64,000 bases of DNA from Candidatus Moraniibacteriota bacterium (GCA_030645735.1 JAUSNP010000001.1:7502-71501), one strand, 5' to 3'. Counted from the first letter of the stretch, positions 37,618-49,878 are shown. The notes: a model not told the origin generated them from the letters alone. Made by a program: numbers and translations.

Positions 37618-38106
37618 ATGGAAGAATTAGTAAAAACATTTCATATTGAGGCGGGCATGTTGTTGGCTCAATTTATTAATTTCGTGATTGTTTTATTGGT
37701 GTTGTATAAATTTGCCTATGGACCAGTTTTGAAATTGTTAAATGAAAGAACAGCCAAAATTGAAAAAGGCTTGGCGGACGCTGAAGCTTCACACAAAAAA
37801 TTGTCTGAAATTTCTGAAAAGGAAGCCGCAGTTTTGGTGGAAGCGAGAAAACAAGCACAAGAAATCATCAAGAAAGCCGAGGATATGGCAATCACTCAAT
37901 CACAGGTGATTGTGACCACTGCCAAAGAACAAACTGAAAAAATGATGGAAACTGCCAAGAAACAAATTGAACAAGAAAAAGAAAAATTATTGGCAGAAGT
38001 GAAAACAGAGGTGGCAAACCTAGTAGTGATGGCAACAGAAAAAATTATTCATGAAAAATTGGACAGTCATAAAGACCAGGAGTTAATAGGCAGGTCAATT
38101 GTATAA
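37618..38106 (+). CDS. atpF: F0 ATP synthase subunit b
   Basis: Q.INF..L..L.KFAY.P....L.ER...I coiled coil. Confidence 0.95.
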   Translation: MEELVKTFHIEAGMLLAQFINFVIVLLVLYKFAYGPVLKLLNERTAKIEKGLADAEASHKKLSEISEKEAAVLVEARKQAQEIIKKAEDMAITQSQVIVTTAKEQTEKMMETAKKQIEQEKEKLLAEVKTEVANLVVMATEKIIHEKLDSHKDQELIGRSIV

Positions 38107-38236
38107 AATCCAAAAATCAAAATCTCAAATTCCAAATAAATTACAATATCAAAAAACTAAAATTCAAAACGATTTTGAATTTTGAAAATTGTAATTTAGA
38201 ATTTATTTGGAGCTTGTAATTTAGAATTTGTAATTT
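38107..38236. repeat. Inverted heptamer arrays (AAATYCC-type / ATTTRGA-type)
   Basis: aaatccaaaaatcaaaatctcaaattccaaa ... ttgtaatttagaatttatttggagcttgtaatttagaatttgtaattt. Confidence 0.8.
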
Positions 38237-38638
38237 ATGAAAATAACAGTAACACAATATGCCAAGTCTCTATATGAGGCAATTAAAGATAAGCCACAAA
38301 TAGAGGTTGATTTGGTGGTGACAAATTTCTTGAAACTTTTGCAAAAAAATGGTCAAATGAAATTGGCTAAAAAAGTCAGTGAAAAATTTTCAGCCATTTG
38401 GAACAAGGAGCAGGGAGTTGTGGAAGCAGAAGTGATCACAAGATACAAGATACAAGATACAATGACCAAAGAAATCGAAAAGTTTATCAAAGAAAAATAT
38501 TCAGCTAAGGAAGTGGTGATAAAGAATGTAGTGGATGAAAAGATTCAGGGCGGAGTAATTATAAAAGTCGGAGATGAATTGTTAGACGCTTCAGTAGCGG
38601 GCATGCTAGAAAATCTAAAAAAAGAATTGGCAAAATAA
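38237..38638 (+). CDS. atpH: F1 ATP synthase subunit delta (short form)
   Basis: YAK.L, VD..I.GG.IIKVGD.LLDAS; contains in-frame CAAGATA x3 at about 38438-38460. Confidence 0.9.
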   Translation: MKITVTQYAKSLYEAIKDKPQIEVDLVVTNFLKLLQKNGQMKLAKKVSEKFSAIWNKEQGVVEAEVITRYKIQDTMTKEIEKFIKEKYSAKEVVIKNVVDEKIQGGVIIKVGDELLDASVAGMLENLKKELAK

Positions 38639-38667
38639 TTTGTATTAAAATAATTTTAAATAAATTT

Positions 38668-40170
38668 ATGACGAAAGATTACATCATTGATCAACTGAAA
38701 AAACAAATCGAAAATTTTGAAACTTTGACGCAGACTGAAAAAGTCGGAACTGTAGTTGAGGTGGGCGATGGTGTGGCCAAAATCTCTGGCCTGTCAGATG
38801 CCATGGCTTCTGAAATGTTGGAATTTCCAGGCGGCGTGTTTGGAGTGGCCTTGAACTTGGAAGAAGGTGCAGTGGGTGCCATGATTTTAGGTGACTACAC
38901 TGGCATCAAGGAAGGCGACATCGTGAAATCAACTGGCAAAATTTTGTCAGTACCGGTGGGCGATATGATGATTGGGCGAGTAGTGAGTCCGTTGGGCGTG
39001 GCGATTGATGGCAAAGGTGAAATCAAATCCGAAACATATTATCCAGTAGAAAAAATTGCGCCGGGAGTTATTACGCGAAAATCAGTGAGCGTGCCAGTAC
39101 AAACTGGTATCAAAGCCATTGACGCTGTGATCCCAGTTGGACGTGGTCAACGAGAATTGATCATTGGTGACCGACAAACTGGAAAAACTGCCGTGGCCAT
39201 CGATGCTATCATCAATCAAAAAGGACAAGACTTGATTTGTATTTATGTCGCCATTGGACAAAAGGAATCTAAGATTGCAAGAATTGTAGCTGAATTGGAA
39301 AAGCGCGGAGCAATGGAGCACACTATTATGGTGGTGGCCGGAGCTTCAGATCCAGCGGCGTTGTCATTTATTTCTCCATACGCCGGTTGTGCGATGGGTG
39401 AATATTTCTTAGACAAGGGGAAAGACGTTTTGATTATCTATGATGATTTGTCAAAGCATGCTTGGGCATATCGCCAAATTTCTTTGATTTTGCGAAGACC
39501 ACCAGGACGTGAAGCCTATCCTGGAGATATTTTTTATTTGCATTCCCGACTTTTGGAGCGTTCAGCGCGTTTGAACGAAGATTTTGGTGGTGGTTCAATC
39601 ACAGCTTTGCCAATCATTGAAACTCAAGCCGGTGATGTGTCAGCCTACATTCCGACCAATGTGATTTCTATTACTGACGGTCAGATTTATTTGGAAACTG
39701 ATCTTTTCTACAAGGGTATACGACCAGCTTTGAACGTTGGCTTGTCAGTTTCTCGTGTGGGATCAGCCGCGCAAACTAAAGCTATGAAAAAAGTGGCTGG
39801 CAAGTTGCGACTCGATTTGGCGCAGTTCCGTGAATTGGAAGCTTTTGCGCAATTTGGTTCAGACTTGGATGAGAATACCAGAAAGCAAATCGAAAGAGGA
39901 CGACGCACTATTGAAATTTTGAAACAAGACCAATATGAGCCGATGCCAATGCAAAACCAAGTAGCAATTTTGTATGCATTGACCAATGGTTTCTTGGATG
40001 ATGTGGTGGTGGAAAAGGTGAAGGCTTGGGAAAATGATTTCCACAAATATTTGCAATCTAGTGCCAAAGAAACTTTGGAATTGATCGCGAGCAAAAAAGA
40101 ATTGGCAGAAGATGTGGTGGCGAGTTTGGAGAAAGCAATTAAGGAGTTTAAAGAAACTTATCAAAGCTAA
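38668..40170 (+). CDS. atpA: F1 ATP synthase subunit alpha
   Basis: [20 protein letters not shown]. Confidence 0.99.
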   Translation: MTKDYIIDQLKKQIENFETLTQTEKVGTVVEVGDGVAKISGLSDAMASEMLEFPGGVFGVALNLEEGAVGAMILGDYTGIKEGDIVKSTGKILSVPVGDMMIGRVVSPLGVAIDGKGEIKSETYYPVEKIAPGVITRKSVSVPVQTGIKAIDAVIPVGRGQRELIIGDRQTGKTAVAIDAIINQKGQDLICIYVAIGQKESKIARIVAELEKRGAMEHTIMVVAGASDPAALSFISPYAGCAMGEYFLDKGKDVLIIYDDLSKHAWAYRQISLILRRPPGREAYPGDIFYLHSRLLERSARLNEDFGGGSITALPIIETQAGDVSAYIPTNVISITDGQIYLETDLFYKGIRPALNVGLSVSRVGSAAQTKAMKKVAGKLRLDLAQFRELEAFAQFGSDLDENTRKQIERGRRTIEILKQDQYEPMPMQNQVAILYALTNGFLDDVVVEKVKAWENDFHKYLQSSAKETLELIASKKELAEDVVASLEKAIKEFKETYQS

Positions 40171-40174
40171 AATA

Positions 40175-40321
40175 TGTCATTGCGAGCGTAGTATCGGCGA
40201 CTGAGCCGATACGAAGCGTGGCAATCTCATGCAATAATTCACAGAATTTAATGTAAGGTACAGTGAATTAAAATATGAGATTGCCACGGTCGTTCCGCGG
40301 CGGAACTTCCTCGCAATGACA
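40175..40321. mobile_element. Palindromic element of GTCATTGCGAG...CTCGCAATGAC type
   Basis: TGTCATTGCGAG..GTGGCAATCTCAT...ATGAGATTGCCAC..CTCGCAATGACA with nested hairpins. Confidence 0.85.
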
Positions 40322-40332
40322 AAGAAAAAAAT

Positions 40333-41286
40333 ATGGCTAGTACACGCGATATTCGTAGACGTATAAAATCAGTAGGGAACACCCAAAAAATCACTCGAGC
40401 AATGGAGATGGTTTCAGCTGCCAAGATGAGAAAATCTGTGGCGAGTGTTTTGGCGGTGCGACCATATGCGCATGCGGCCTGGAGCGTGTTGACCAATCTT
40501 TCACGGGCTTTTGAAAAAAATCATGCTGGTCTTTTGGAAGTGCGTGAGGTGAAAAATGTTTTGGCCATCGCCATAACTTCCAACAAGGGTTTGTGTGGGG
40601 CTTTCAATGCGCAAATTATCAAAAAAATCAAAGACGAAATTGCCAATCCAGAAAGATTGAGCATCAATCGAGTGGGCAAAGAAAAACTTGGCATCAAAAA
40701 CAAGAACATCAAGATTGATTTTATCACCATTGGAAAGAAGGGTGAGGCGGTGGTGCGCAAAGCTGGCAAGGATATTATTGCATCTTTCAATGAGTTGACC
40801 TATTTGCCAAAAATTGACGATGTGCGCGTCGTGGGCAAGGTTGTGACAGAAGATTATCTAGCCAAAAAATATGACAAGGTGGTGGTTTTCTATACTGACT
40901 ATGTTTCGGCTATGAGTCAGCAAACAAAAGTTCGCCAGATTTTGCCAATTTCTAAAATTGATTTGGAGAAACAAATTGCCGAGATGGATGTGTTGGCCAA
41001 AGAATATGGCTTGGATGCGCCAGTGCGAGAATACAAAGTTGAGCCCAATCCTGAGTCAGTGTTGGAATATATTTTGCCTCGCTTGATCGACATGCAAATC
41101 TATCACGCGATTTTGGAATCAAACGCTGCCAAAGAATCAACTCGGATGATGGCCATGAGAAGCGCGACTGATGCAGCTGGAGAAATGAAGGATGACCTGA
41201 CATTTGTATATAATCAGATTCGGCAGATGAAGATTACACAGGAGATTGCAGAGATTTCAGCCGGACGTGCTGCATTGGAAAATTAA
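40333..41286 (+). CDS. atpG: F1 ATP synthase subunit gamma
   Basis: RI.SV.NTQKIT.AMEMVSAAK, GLCG.FN, RM.AM..AT, RQ..ITQEI.EI. Confidence 0.98.
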   Translation: MASTRDIRRRIKSVGNTQKITRAMEMVSAAKMRKSVASVLAVRPYAHAAWSVLTNLSRAFEKNHAGLLEVREVKNVLAIAITSNKGLCGAFNAQIIKKIKDEIANPERLSINRVGKEKLGIKNKNIKIDFITIGKKGEAVVRKAGKDIIASFNELTYLPKIDDVRVVGKVVTEDYLAKKYDKVVVFYTDYVSAMSQQTKVRQILPISKIDLEKQIAEMDVLAKEYGLDAPVREYKVEPNPESVLEYILPRLIDMQIYHAILESNAAKESTRMMAMRSATDAAGEMKDDLTFVYNQIRQMKITQEIAEISAGRAALEN

Positions 41287-41302
41287 TTTTGTTTATTAGT
41301 AA

Positions 41303-42694
<1,392 letters not shown>

Positions 42695-42802
42695 GCAGCT
42701 GTTGGTAAAATGTCATTGGCTGTAGGAATAGAAATAAGTCATTGGTCTAAAGACTTTTTACTAACGACCAATCCTACTGCTAATGACCAATTACTTACGA
42801 CT
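42695..42802. repeat. Inverted degenerate repeat arrays (GTCATTGG / ATGACCAA type)
   Basis: gtcattggctgtagg..gtcattggt ... ctaacgaccaatcctactgctaatgaccaattacttacgac. Confidence 0.6.
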
Positions 42803-42809
42803 TAAAAAT

Positions 42810-43253
42810 ATGAATAATTCACAAAAAATAAAATTTAAAATAGTAACTCCCGAGAAGACAGTGTTCGACGAAGAAGTTTTGCAGGCGACTCTGCCGGTGA
42901 CGGACGGGGAGGTTACAATTTTGCCAAATCACAGATCATATATTGCATCACTCAAAGCAGGTGAGGTGTGTTTGAAATTGGAAAAAGGCAATGATGTGTG
43001 TATGGCGATCTCAGGTGGGTTTATTGAATTTAATGATAATGTTTTGGTAGTTTTGGCTGACACAGCTGAACGCGCTGAAGAAATTGATTTGACTCGCGCG
43101 GAAGAAGCGAGAAAGAGAGCGGAGGAATTGAAGAAAGAAAAGATTGAAGATGACAGCGAGTATGCGCGCGTGGCTGCTTCGATTGAGAAAGAAATGGCGC
43201 GTATCCGTGTGGCCAGAAAACATCGCACCCAACATGGTATGCATTTGAATTAG
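42810..43253 (+). CDS. atpC: F1 ATP synthase subunit epsilon
   Basis: IVTPE, GE..ILPNH, SGGF.E, LAD.AERAEEID. Confidence 0.95.
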   Translation: MNNSQKIKFKIVTPEKTVFDEEVLQATLPVTDGEVTILPNHRSYIASLKAGEVCLKLEKGNDVCMAISGGFIEFNDNVLVVLADTAERAEEIDLTRAEEARKRAEELKKEKIEDDSEYARVAASIEKEMARIRVARKHRTQHGMHLN

Positions 43254-43337
43254 GGAGGTAACAATAGAATTAAAAAACCATTTATGGTTTTTTAATTTGT
43301 GTAAAAATATTTGTAATAATTTATTTTTTATAAAAAT

Positions 43338-44984
43338 ATGTTTTTGAACAAAACAAAAATGCGGGAGTATTTTAAAAAAGATTTCAGGGCAGATTTAATT
43401 GCGGGAATCGTGGTTGGTTTGGTAGCGTTGCCATTGGCCATTGCTTTTGCCATCGCATCTGGGGTGAGTGCGCAACAGGGACTCTATTCTGCAATCATCG
43501 CTGGCGGAATCATTGCTATTTTTTCTGGTTCCAATTATCAAGTTTCTGGTCCGACAGGCGCTTTTATTGTAGTTTTGTTGGGAATTGTAAATAAGTTTGG
43601 CGTAGACGGGTTGATGATGGCTGGATTTATGGCCGGAGTTATTTTGATTTTGATGGGAGTGTTCAAGTTTGGTTCAATTATCAAATTTATTCCCTATCCA
43701 GTGACAGTTGGCTTTACTTCAGGAATCGCGATGATTATATTTTTTGGACAAATAAAAAACTTTTTAGGTTTGGATTTTGGCGGTAAAATTCCTTTGGATT
43801 TTATTGAAACATTAGAAATGATTTATCATGGTTTGTTGCGGGGGCTAAATAGTTATTCTTTGATCATTGGTTTGGCAACTTTGGCGATTTTTTTTGTTTG
43901 GAAGAAATACAACAAAAAATTTCCACCAGCGCCAGTAGCGCTGGCTGGAGGAATAGTTGTGAGCTTGTTTTTTCTAGATAAACACGTGCCGATTATTGGA
44001 GACATTCCTGCGGGACTGCCATCTTTTCATATGTTGGATTTCAATTTTGCCAATATGAAGCTTTTGTTGCCGGCAGCTTTTACGGTGGCAATTTTGGGTG
44101 CCATTGAATCGTTGTTATCTGCTGTGGTGGCTGACGGTATGACAGGCACAAAACATAATTCTAACAAGGAATTGATTGCGCAGGGGCTTGGAAACATTGT
44201 TGTGCCATTTTTCGGCGGAATTCCAGCAACCGGTGCGATTGCGAGAACTGCAACAAACATCAAAAATGGTGGCAGAACAAGAATGGCAGCTATCATTCAT
44301 GCCGTTGTAATTTTGTTGATTGTTTTGCTTTTTGCTAAGTATGCTAAATTTATTCCTTTGGCTGCCTTAGCGGCGATCTTGATTACAGTAGCGTATAATA
44401 TGAGTGAAATGGATCATTTTAAAAAATTGCTAAAAGCCCCGCGACGAGATGTGGCTGTTTTGCTAAGTACTTTTCTTTTGACAGTCTTTGCTGATTTGAC
44501 AGTGGCAGTTGGCATTGGAGTGGTGATGGCAGCGTTGTTATTCATTAAGCGTGTTAGTGAAATAAAAAACATTGTCAGCAGTTTGGAGGAAAATGTTAAG
44601 GTTGGCAGTGAGGGCAGCAAGCGATTGCATGAAAGCCTTGTTGATTTTCCGCAAATTTCACTGTACGAAATTAATGGACCAATGTTTTTTGGTGCTGCGA
44701 GCGTAATGCAAGAGCGAATTGGCTATGAGCAAGAGGGCGTGTTGATTATTCGCATGAAGCATGTTGGGGCGATTGATGCCACAGCAACACATGCTTTGGA
44801 AATTTTGATCGATGAAGTGCATGCCTCGGGTGGAAAAGTTATTTTGGCCACAGTCCAGAAATATGTGTTGTTGAATTTGAAGAAAACCGGCATAATCGAT
44901 CTTTTGGGCGGAGATGCGTATGTTGCCAAAAGCAGTACTGAAGCAATTGAAATGGCCAAGAAAATAATCGCGGAGAAAAAATAA
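43338..44984 (+). CDS. SulP family anion transporter with STAS domain
   Basis: DL.AG..V..VALPLA.AFA, SGPTGA, ELI.QG.GN, PATGAIART, GP.FFGAA. Confidence 0.95.
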   Translation: MFLNKTKMREYFKKDFRADLIAGIVVGLVALPLAIAFAIASGVSAQQGLYSAIIAGGIIAIFSGSNYQVSGPTGAFIVVLLGIVNKFGVDGLMMAGFMAGVILILMGVFKFGSIIKFIPYPVTVGFTSGIAMIIFFGQIKNFLGLDFGGKIPLDFIETLEMIYHGLLRGLNSYSLIIGLATLAIFFVWKKYNKKFPPAPVALAGGIVVSLFFLDKHVPIIGDIPAGLPSFHMLDFNFANMKLLLPAAFTVAILGAIESLLSAVVADGMTGTKHNSNKELIAQGLGNIVVPFFGGIPATGAIARTATNIKNGGRTRMAAIIHAVVILLIVLLFAKYAKFIPLAALAAILITVAYNMSEMDHFKKLLKAPRRDVAVLLSTFLLTVFADLTVAVGIGVVMAALLFIKRVSEIKNIVSSLEENVKVGSEGSKRLHESLVDFPQISLYEINGPMFFGAASVMQERIGYEQEGVLIIRMKHVGAIDATATHALEILIDEVHASGGKVILATVQKYVLLNLKKTGIIDLLGGDAYVAKSSTEAIEMAKKIIAEKK

Positions 44985-45064
44985 AGCCTCCTAGAGACAA
45001 ATACGCGGTTGGTAAGAAAATATACTTTAAAATAAAGGGTTAAAGGGGATAAAATGGGAAAAAT

Positions 45065-45093
45065 AAAGGGCGGATTACAAAGATCCGCCCTTT
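45065..45093 (+). terminator. Hairpin/terminator upstream of leuS
   Basis: AAAGGGCGGAT-tacaaag-ATCCGCCCTTT; preceded by G-rich 9-mers at 45030-45070. Confidence 0.65.
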
Positions 45094-45176
45094 GCTATTC
45101 TCCTTGAAATAAAGATAGAAATGAGCTAGAATCAAGGAGTAATGTAAAAGTAGGTTTAACTAGGCCTAAAAACACT

Positions 45177-48047
45177 ATGGAAAGCTATAATCCCAAGGAA
45201 ATTGAGGCAAAATGGCAAGAGAAATGGCTTGAACAAGCCTCAGAGAAGATTGATAAGGACGATACTAAGAAGAAATTCTATATTTTAGATATGTTCCCAT
45301 ATCCGTCTGGCACTGGCCTGCATATGGGACACACCGAGAGCTACACGGCGAGCGATGTTTTCTATCGTTTCAAAAAGATGCAAGGTTTCAATGTTTTGCA
45401 TCCACAAGGTTTTGATGCTTTTGGTTTGCCAGCAGAAAATTATGCCATCAAAACTGGCGTGCCACCGATTGAAACGACCAAGAAGAACATGGAGAATTAT
45501 ATTCGCCAAATGCAGTCTTTAGGTTTCAATTATGATTTTTCGGAGCAGGCTATCACGAGTGATCCAGAATATTATAAATGGACGCAATGGATTTTTTCCG
45601 AGTTTTATAAAAATGGTTTAGTCTATAAAAAAACCCAAAAAACAAATTGGTGTGCTTCTTGTCAGACTGTCATTGCCAATGAGCAAGTGGTAGAAAACAA
45701 ATGTGAACGATGTGGCACAGAAATTGAACAAAAAGAAGTGCCGACTTGGTTTTTCAAAATCACAGACTTTGCTGAAGAACTAATTGCTGATTTGGACGAT
45801 GTTGATTGGCCGGAATATACTAAGAAGAATCAGCGAGCGTGGATTGGTAAAAGTGAGGGTGCTGAAATTAAATTCGAAATTCGAAATTCGAAATCCGAAA
45901 CAAATTCAAAATCAGAAAAACAAAATACAAAACAATTTATCGAAGTATTTACTACGAGAGTGGATACGGTTTTTGGCGTGACTTATGTTGTGGTGGCTCC
46001 AGAACATCCATTAATCGCGCAACTTGAATCGCAAATCGCAAATCGCGATGAGATTTTTGCATACATTGAAAAATCAAAAAACAAAACAGAACTAGATCGA
46101 ATGGAAGCCAAGGAAAAAACGGGTGTAGAGCTTGAAGGTATTAAGGCTGTCAATCCATTCAACGGCGAAGAAGTTCCAGTGTTTGTGGCTGATTATGTTC
46201 TTGGAAGCTATGGCACCGGCGCCGTGATGGCTGTGCCAGCACATGATGAAAGGGATTTTGAATTTGCAAAGAAATATAATTTACCGATTAAAAAAGTTAT
46301 TGAACCATGTTTTGACCAACTTGCCGAGCCAGGAAAAATTAAATGGGACGAGGCATTTGTTGAAAGGGATGCAATCTTAGCCATAGTTAAACATTGGGAA
46401 AAAGATGAGTATCTATGCCTTCAGTGGAAAAAGGTTGACTGGAGAACTTTTATTACTGGTGGACCGGAAGGCGGTCAGTCTTTTGAAGAAGCGGCAAGAA
46501 CGGAAATTTTAGAAGAGACTGGTTATAAAAACTTGAAATTAATTAAAGAGCTACCAATGGTGCATAGTCGCTTTTATCATGTACCAAAAAAAGTGAACCG
46601 ATTTGCTCATTTCAATGTTTTCTATTTTGAGCTAAAGGACGGCGATAAAGATAATATTTCAGATAATGAGCAAGAAAACCACGATACTGTTTGGGTAATG
46701 AGTGACAAAATTGAGCAATTTTTAACTGCCGATTCGCATAAATATATTTTTAAAAATTTAAATAACCCAGAAGTCTCTTTTGTAGAAGATGGAGTATTGA
46801 ATAATTCTGGAGAATATAATTTTTTGACTTCCGAACAAGCGCGGGGAAAAATGACAGCTTGGTTGGAAGAAAAAGGTTTGGGCAAAAAAGTTGTGAATTA
46901 TCGTTTGCGTGATTGGTCAATTTCACGGCAGAGGTATTGGGGTTGTCCGATTCCGATTGTGTATTCACCGGAGGGTGAACCGCATTTGGTTCCAGAGCAA
47001 TATTTGCCATGGAAATTGCCGGAGGATGTTGATTTTGTGCCGACCGGAACTTCACCTTTGGCCAAGTCGCAGGAACTCAAAGAAAGAGTGGAAAAAATTT
47101 TTGGAGAATGTTGGACAGCTGAGTATGATACGATGGACACCTTTGTGGATTCGTCGTGGTATTTCTTGCGCTATCCGGATGTGCACAATGACAAAGAATT
47201 TTGTTCACAAACAAGAAAGGCTTGGTTGCCGGTGGATATGTATATCGGCGGTGCAGAACACACCTACATGCATCTTTTGTATGCCAGATTCTTTGTGAAA
47301 GCTTTGCACAAAATTGGACACTTGAGTTTCAATGAGCCATTTTTGAAATTGCGTCACCAAGGCATGGTCTTGGACAAGGCTGGCAACAAGATGTCCAAGT
47401 CCAAAGGCAATGTCATCAATCCGGATGAAATGGTAGAAAAATTTGGCGCGGATTCCGTGCGTATGTATATGATGTTTGTGGCACCGTTGGAAGATGCGGT
47501 TATGTGGAACGAAGAAAATATTGTGGGTGTGCGCAGATTTTTGGAAAGAGTTTGGCGCTTGCAAGAAAAAATTGTAGTTGAAAATATGGTAGTTGATTCG
47601 CTGACACACAAGACTATCAAAAAAGTTGGTGAAGATGTTGAAGTGATGAAATTTAATACAGCTATTTCCCAGATGATGATTTTGGTTAATGCGATGGATA
47701 AAGAAAAACAGATATCAGTTACGAGTTACGAGTTACTAGTTACTATTCTAGCTCCATTTGCTCCGCACATGGCCGAAGAAATTTGGAACAAGCTTGGGCA
47801 CTCAGAAAGTATTTTTTCCTCAGCTTGGCCGGAGTATGATTCCGAATTGATCAAGGATGAAAAAATAAAATTGGTGATTCAGGTGAATGGCAAAGTGCGA
47901 GACACAATTGAAGTTAATGCTGAAATTTCAGAAGATGAGGCAAAAAAAGTTGCACTTGAAAGTGAAAAAATAAAAAATTATATTTCAGGCAAGGAAATCA
48001 GAAAAATAATTTATGTTAAAAACAAACTAGTGAGCATCGTCGTTTAA
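45177..48047 (+). CDS. leuS: Leucine--tRNA ligase with an inserted NUDIX-like domain
   Basis: MFPYPSG.GLHMGH, GTGAVMAVPAHD.RD, RLRDWSISRQRYWG.PIP, KMSKS; Nudix-like box GGPEGGQSFEEAARTEILEETGY. Confidence 0.96.
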   Translation: MESYNPKEIEAKWQEKWLEQASEKIDKDDTKKKFYILDMFPYPSGTGLHMGHTESYTASDVFYRFKKMQGFNVLHPQGFDAFGLPAENYAIKTGVPPIETTKKNMENYIRQMQSLGFNYDFSEQAITSDPEYYKWTQWIFSEFYKNGLVYKKTQKTNWCASCQTVIANEQVVENKCERCGTEIEQKEVPTWFFKITDFAEELIADLDDVDWPEYTKKNQRAWIGKSEGAEIKFEIRNSKSETNSKSEKQNTKQFIEVFTTRVDTVFGVTYVVVAPEHPLIAQLESQIANRDEIFAYIEKSKNKTELDRMEAKEKTGVELEGIKAVNPFNGEEVPVFVADYVLGSYGTGAVMAVPAHDERDFEFAKKYNLPIKKVIEPCFDQLAEPGKIKWDEAFVERDAILAIVKHWEKDEYLCLQWKKVDWRTFITGGPEGGQSFEEAARTEILEETGYKNLKLIKELPMVHSRFYHVPKKVNRFAHFNVFYFELKDGDKDNISDNEQENHDTVWVMSDKIEQFLTADSHKYIFKNLNNPEVSFVEDGVLNNSGEYNFLTSEQARGKMTAWLEEKGLGKKVVNYRLRDWSISRQRYWGCPIPIVYSPEGEPHLVPEQYLPWKLPEDVDFVPTGTSPLAKSQELKERVEKIFGECWTAEYDTMDTFVDSSWYFLRYPDVHNDKEFCSQTRKAWLPVDMYIGGAEHTYMHLLYARFFVKALHKIGHLSFNEPFLKLRHQGMVLDKAGNKMSKSKGNVINPDEMVEKFGADSVRMYMMFVAPLEDAVMWNEENIVGVRRFLERVWRLQEKIVVENMVVDSLTHKTIKKVGEDVEVMKFNTAISQMMILVNAMDKEKQISVTSYELLVTILAPFAPHMAEEIWNKLGHSESIFSSAWPEYDSELIKDEKIKLVIQVNGKVRDTIEVNAEISEDEAKKVALESEKIKNYISGKEIRKIIYVKNKLVSIVV
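45870..45935 (+). repeat. In-frame (AAATTCG)n insert in leuS
   Basis: aaattcg x3 aaatccg aaacaaattcaaaatc.. encodes FEIRNSKSETNSKSEKQNTKQ. Confidence 0.8.
47717..47744 (+). repeat. In-frame (AGTTACK)x4 insert in leuS
   Basis: agttacg agttacg agttact agttact encodes VTSYELLVT. Confidence 0.8.
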
Positions 48048-48065
48048 TTTCTTAATGACAAAAGT

Positions 48066-48830
48066 ATGCAAGTAGTAATTTTAGCGGCCGGAAGGGGGAG
48101 TCGAATGAAAGATTTGACCAAGGGTGTGCCAAAGCCGATGTTGAAAATCAAAGGCAAGCCGATTTTGGAGCACAAGATCAATATGTTGCCGAGTGAAATA
48201 AAAGAAATCGTCTTCGTGATCGGCTACTATGGCGAGCACATTATGAATTATTTCAAGCACTATTTTGGCGGTCGCAAAATTACCTATGTCTTTCAAACAA
48301 ACTTGAATGGGACAGGTGGCGCGTTATTTCTGGCTAAGAGTGTTTTGAAAGATAAATTCTTGGTTATAAATGGCGATGACCTCTATCACAAAAAAGATAT
48401 TAAAAAATTGCTAAAGCATGATTTGGCTATCTTGGGACGCGAAGTTGATGATACGAGCAAATTTGGCATTATCAAAACCAACGGCAAGGGACATATGGTT
48501 GAGGTTGTGGAGAAGCCAAAAAGATCTAAAGATAAGTTGGCTAATACGGGCGTGTATGTTTTGAACAAGAAGATTTTCGATTATGATTTGGTGCCGATTG
48601 GTGGCGGAGAATTTGGTTTGCCACAAACGATGGCCAAGATGGCCAAAGATCATCCGGTGAAAGTTGAAGCTGCGACCATTTGGCATGCTATTGGTAATCC
48701 AGAAGATTTGGCGGAAGCGGAAAAAATTATTCATAAATTTGAGGATAAACAAAAAAACGAAAAAGTTGAAGAAACCAAGAAAGTCACAAAAACTGCGAAA
48801 AATGTAAAAACTAAAAAACATAAGAAGTAG
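48066..48830 (+). CDS. Sugar-1-phosphate nucleotidyltransferase (GlmU N-terminal-like)
   Basis: ILAAGRGSRM..LT...PKPML, GTGGAL, NGDD, EKP. Confidence 0.88.
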   Translation: MQVVILAAGRGSRMKDLTKGVPKPMLKIKGKPILEHKINMLPSEIKEIVFVIGYYGEHIMNYFKHYFGGRKITYVFQTNLNGTGGALFLAKSVLKDKFLVINGDDLYHKKDIKKLLKHDLAILGREVDDTSKFGIIKTNGKGHMVEVVEKPKRSKDKLANTGVYVLNKKIFDYDLVPIGGGEFGLPQTMAKMAKDHPVKVEAATIWHAIGNPEDLAEAEKIIHKFEDKQKNEKVEETKKVTKTAKNVKTKKHKK

Positions 48831-48840
48831 AAAATATTTT

Positions 48841-49878
48841 ATGAAGAATAAAAATGTTGTTACTATCAGCGGAGGAACAGGGGGATTCACTTTGCTGTCA
48901 GGACTCAAAAAATATCCAATTAATATTTCAGCTATTGTTTCAATGGCGGATGATGGCGGTTCAACGGGAGTTTTACGCGATGAGTTGGGCGTGTTACCAC
49001 CAGGAGATGTTCGGCAATGCCTGTTGTCATTAAGCGATTCAACCGAGACATTGCGAGATTTGTTGAATTATCGTTTTCAAGAGGGCGGACTCAAAGGCCA
49101 TAATTTCGGCAATCTTTTGTTATCAGCATTAGAAAAAATAAATGGCAGTTTTTCTAAGGGAGTTGATGAGGCGGCTAAGATTTTGAATGTGAAAGGCCGA
49201 GTTATTCCAGTTTCCAATGAGGATATGCGGTTGTGCATAAAATTGAAAAATAAGAAAGTTTTAAATGGTGAAAAAAATTTGGATCACAACAAAGAAATTG
49301 ATGCGGTAGGAATCGACCATATTTTTCTGAAAAACAAAGTAGCTGCCAATCCGGAAGCATTGAAAGCGATCAAGCAAGCTGATTATATCGTGATTGGACC
49401 TGGTGATTTGTATGGCTCAGTCCTGCCAAATCTTTTAGTGAATGGAATTGCTGAGGCAATTAAAAAATCTAAAGCCAAGGTGATTTATAATTGCAATTTG
49501 ACCAACAAGAACGGACAAACCAGCGCATTTGATGTTGATGATTATGTAGAAATTATCAATGGCTATATTGGCAAAGATAGAATTAATTTTGTCACCTATA
49601 ATACTGGAAAGCCAGCGGATAAATTGGTGGAGAAATATAGCAAGGAGGAAGGAAAGAATTTTGTTGTGCAATTTGATGTTGATAAAAATAGTAAAAGGAA
49701 ATTCAAGCTCATCAAAAGCGATTTTATCTCCAACCATGAATTGCCAGGCTATCAAAAATCTCGTGTGTCGGTGAGAAGCAAATCATACATCCGTCATGAT
49801 AGTGAAAAGTTGGCCAAGTTGATTATGATGATTTTTGAACTGGGAGAATATGAAAATATAACTAAAGAAATAATTTAA
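48841..49878 (+). CDS. YvcK/GlmR (UPF0052) family protein
   Basis: GGTG, DDGGSTG.LR, PPGDVR.CL, GHNFGNL, GPG.LY.S..PN, RHD. Confidence 0.92.
   Translation: MKNKNVVTISGGTGGFTLLSGLKKYPINISAIVSMADDGGSTGVLRDELGVLPPGDVRQCLLSLSDSTETLRDLLNYRFQEGGLKGHNFGNLLLSALEKINGSFSKGVDEAAKILNVKGRVIPVSNEDMRLCIKLKNKKVLNGEKNLDHNKEIDAVGIDHIFLKNKVAANPEALKAIKQADYIVIGPGDLYGSVLPNLLVNGIAEAIKKSKAKVIYNCNLTNKNGQTSAFDVDDYVEIINGYIGKDRINFVTYNTGKPADKLVEKYSKEEGKNFVVQFDVDKNSKRKFKLIKSDFISNHELPGYQKSRVSVRSKSYIRHDSEKLAKLIMMIFELGEYENITKEII

Noticed and set aside
44985-45176. T-box upstream of leuS
   Set aside because: No UGGN-bulge antiterminator found; only G-rich repeats and a hairpin
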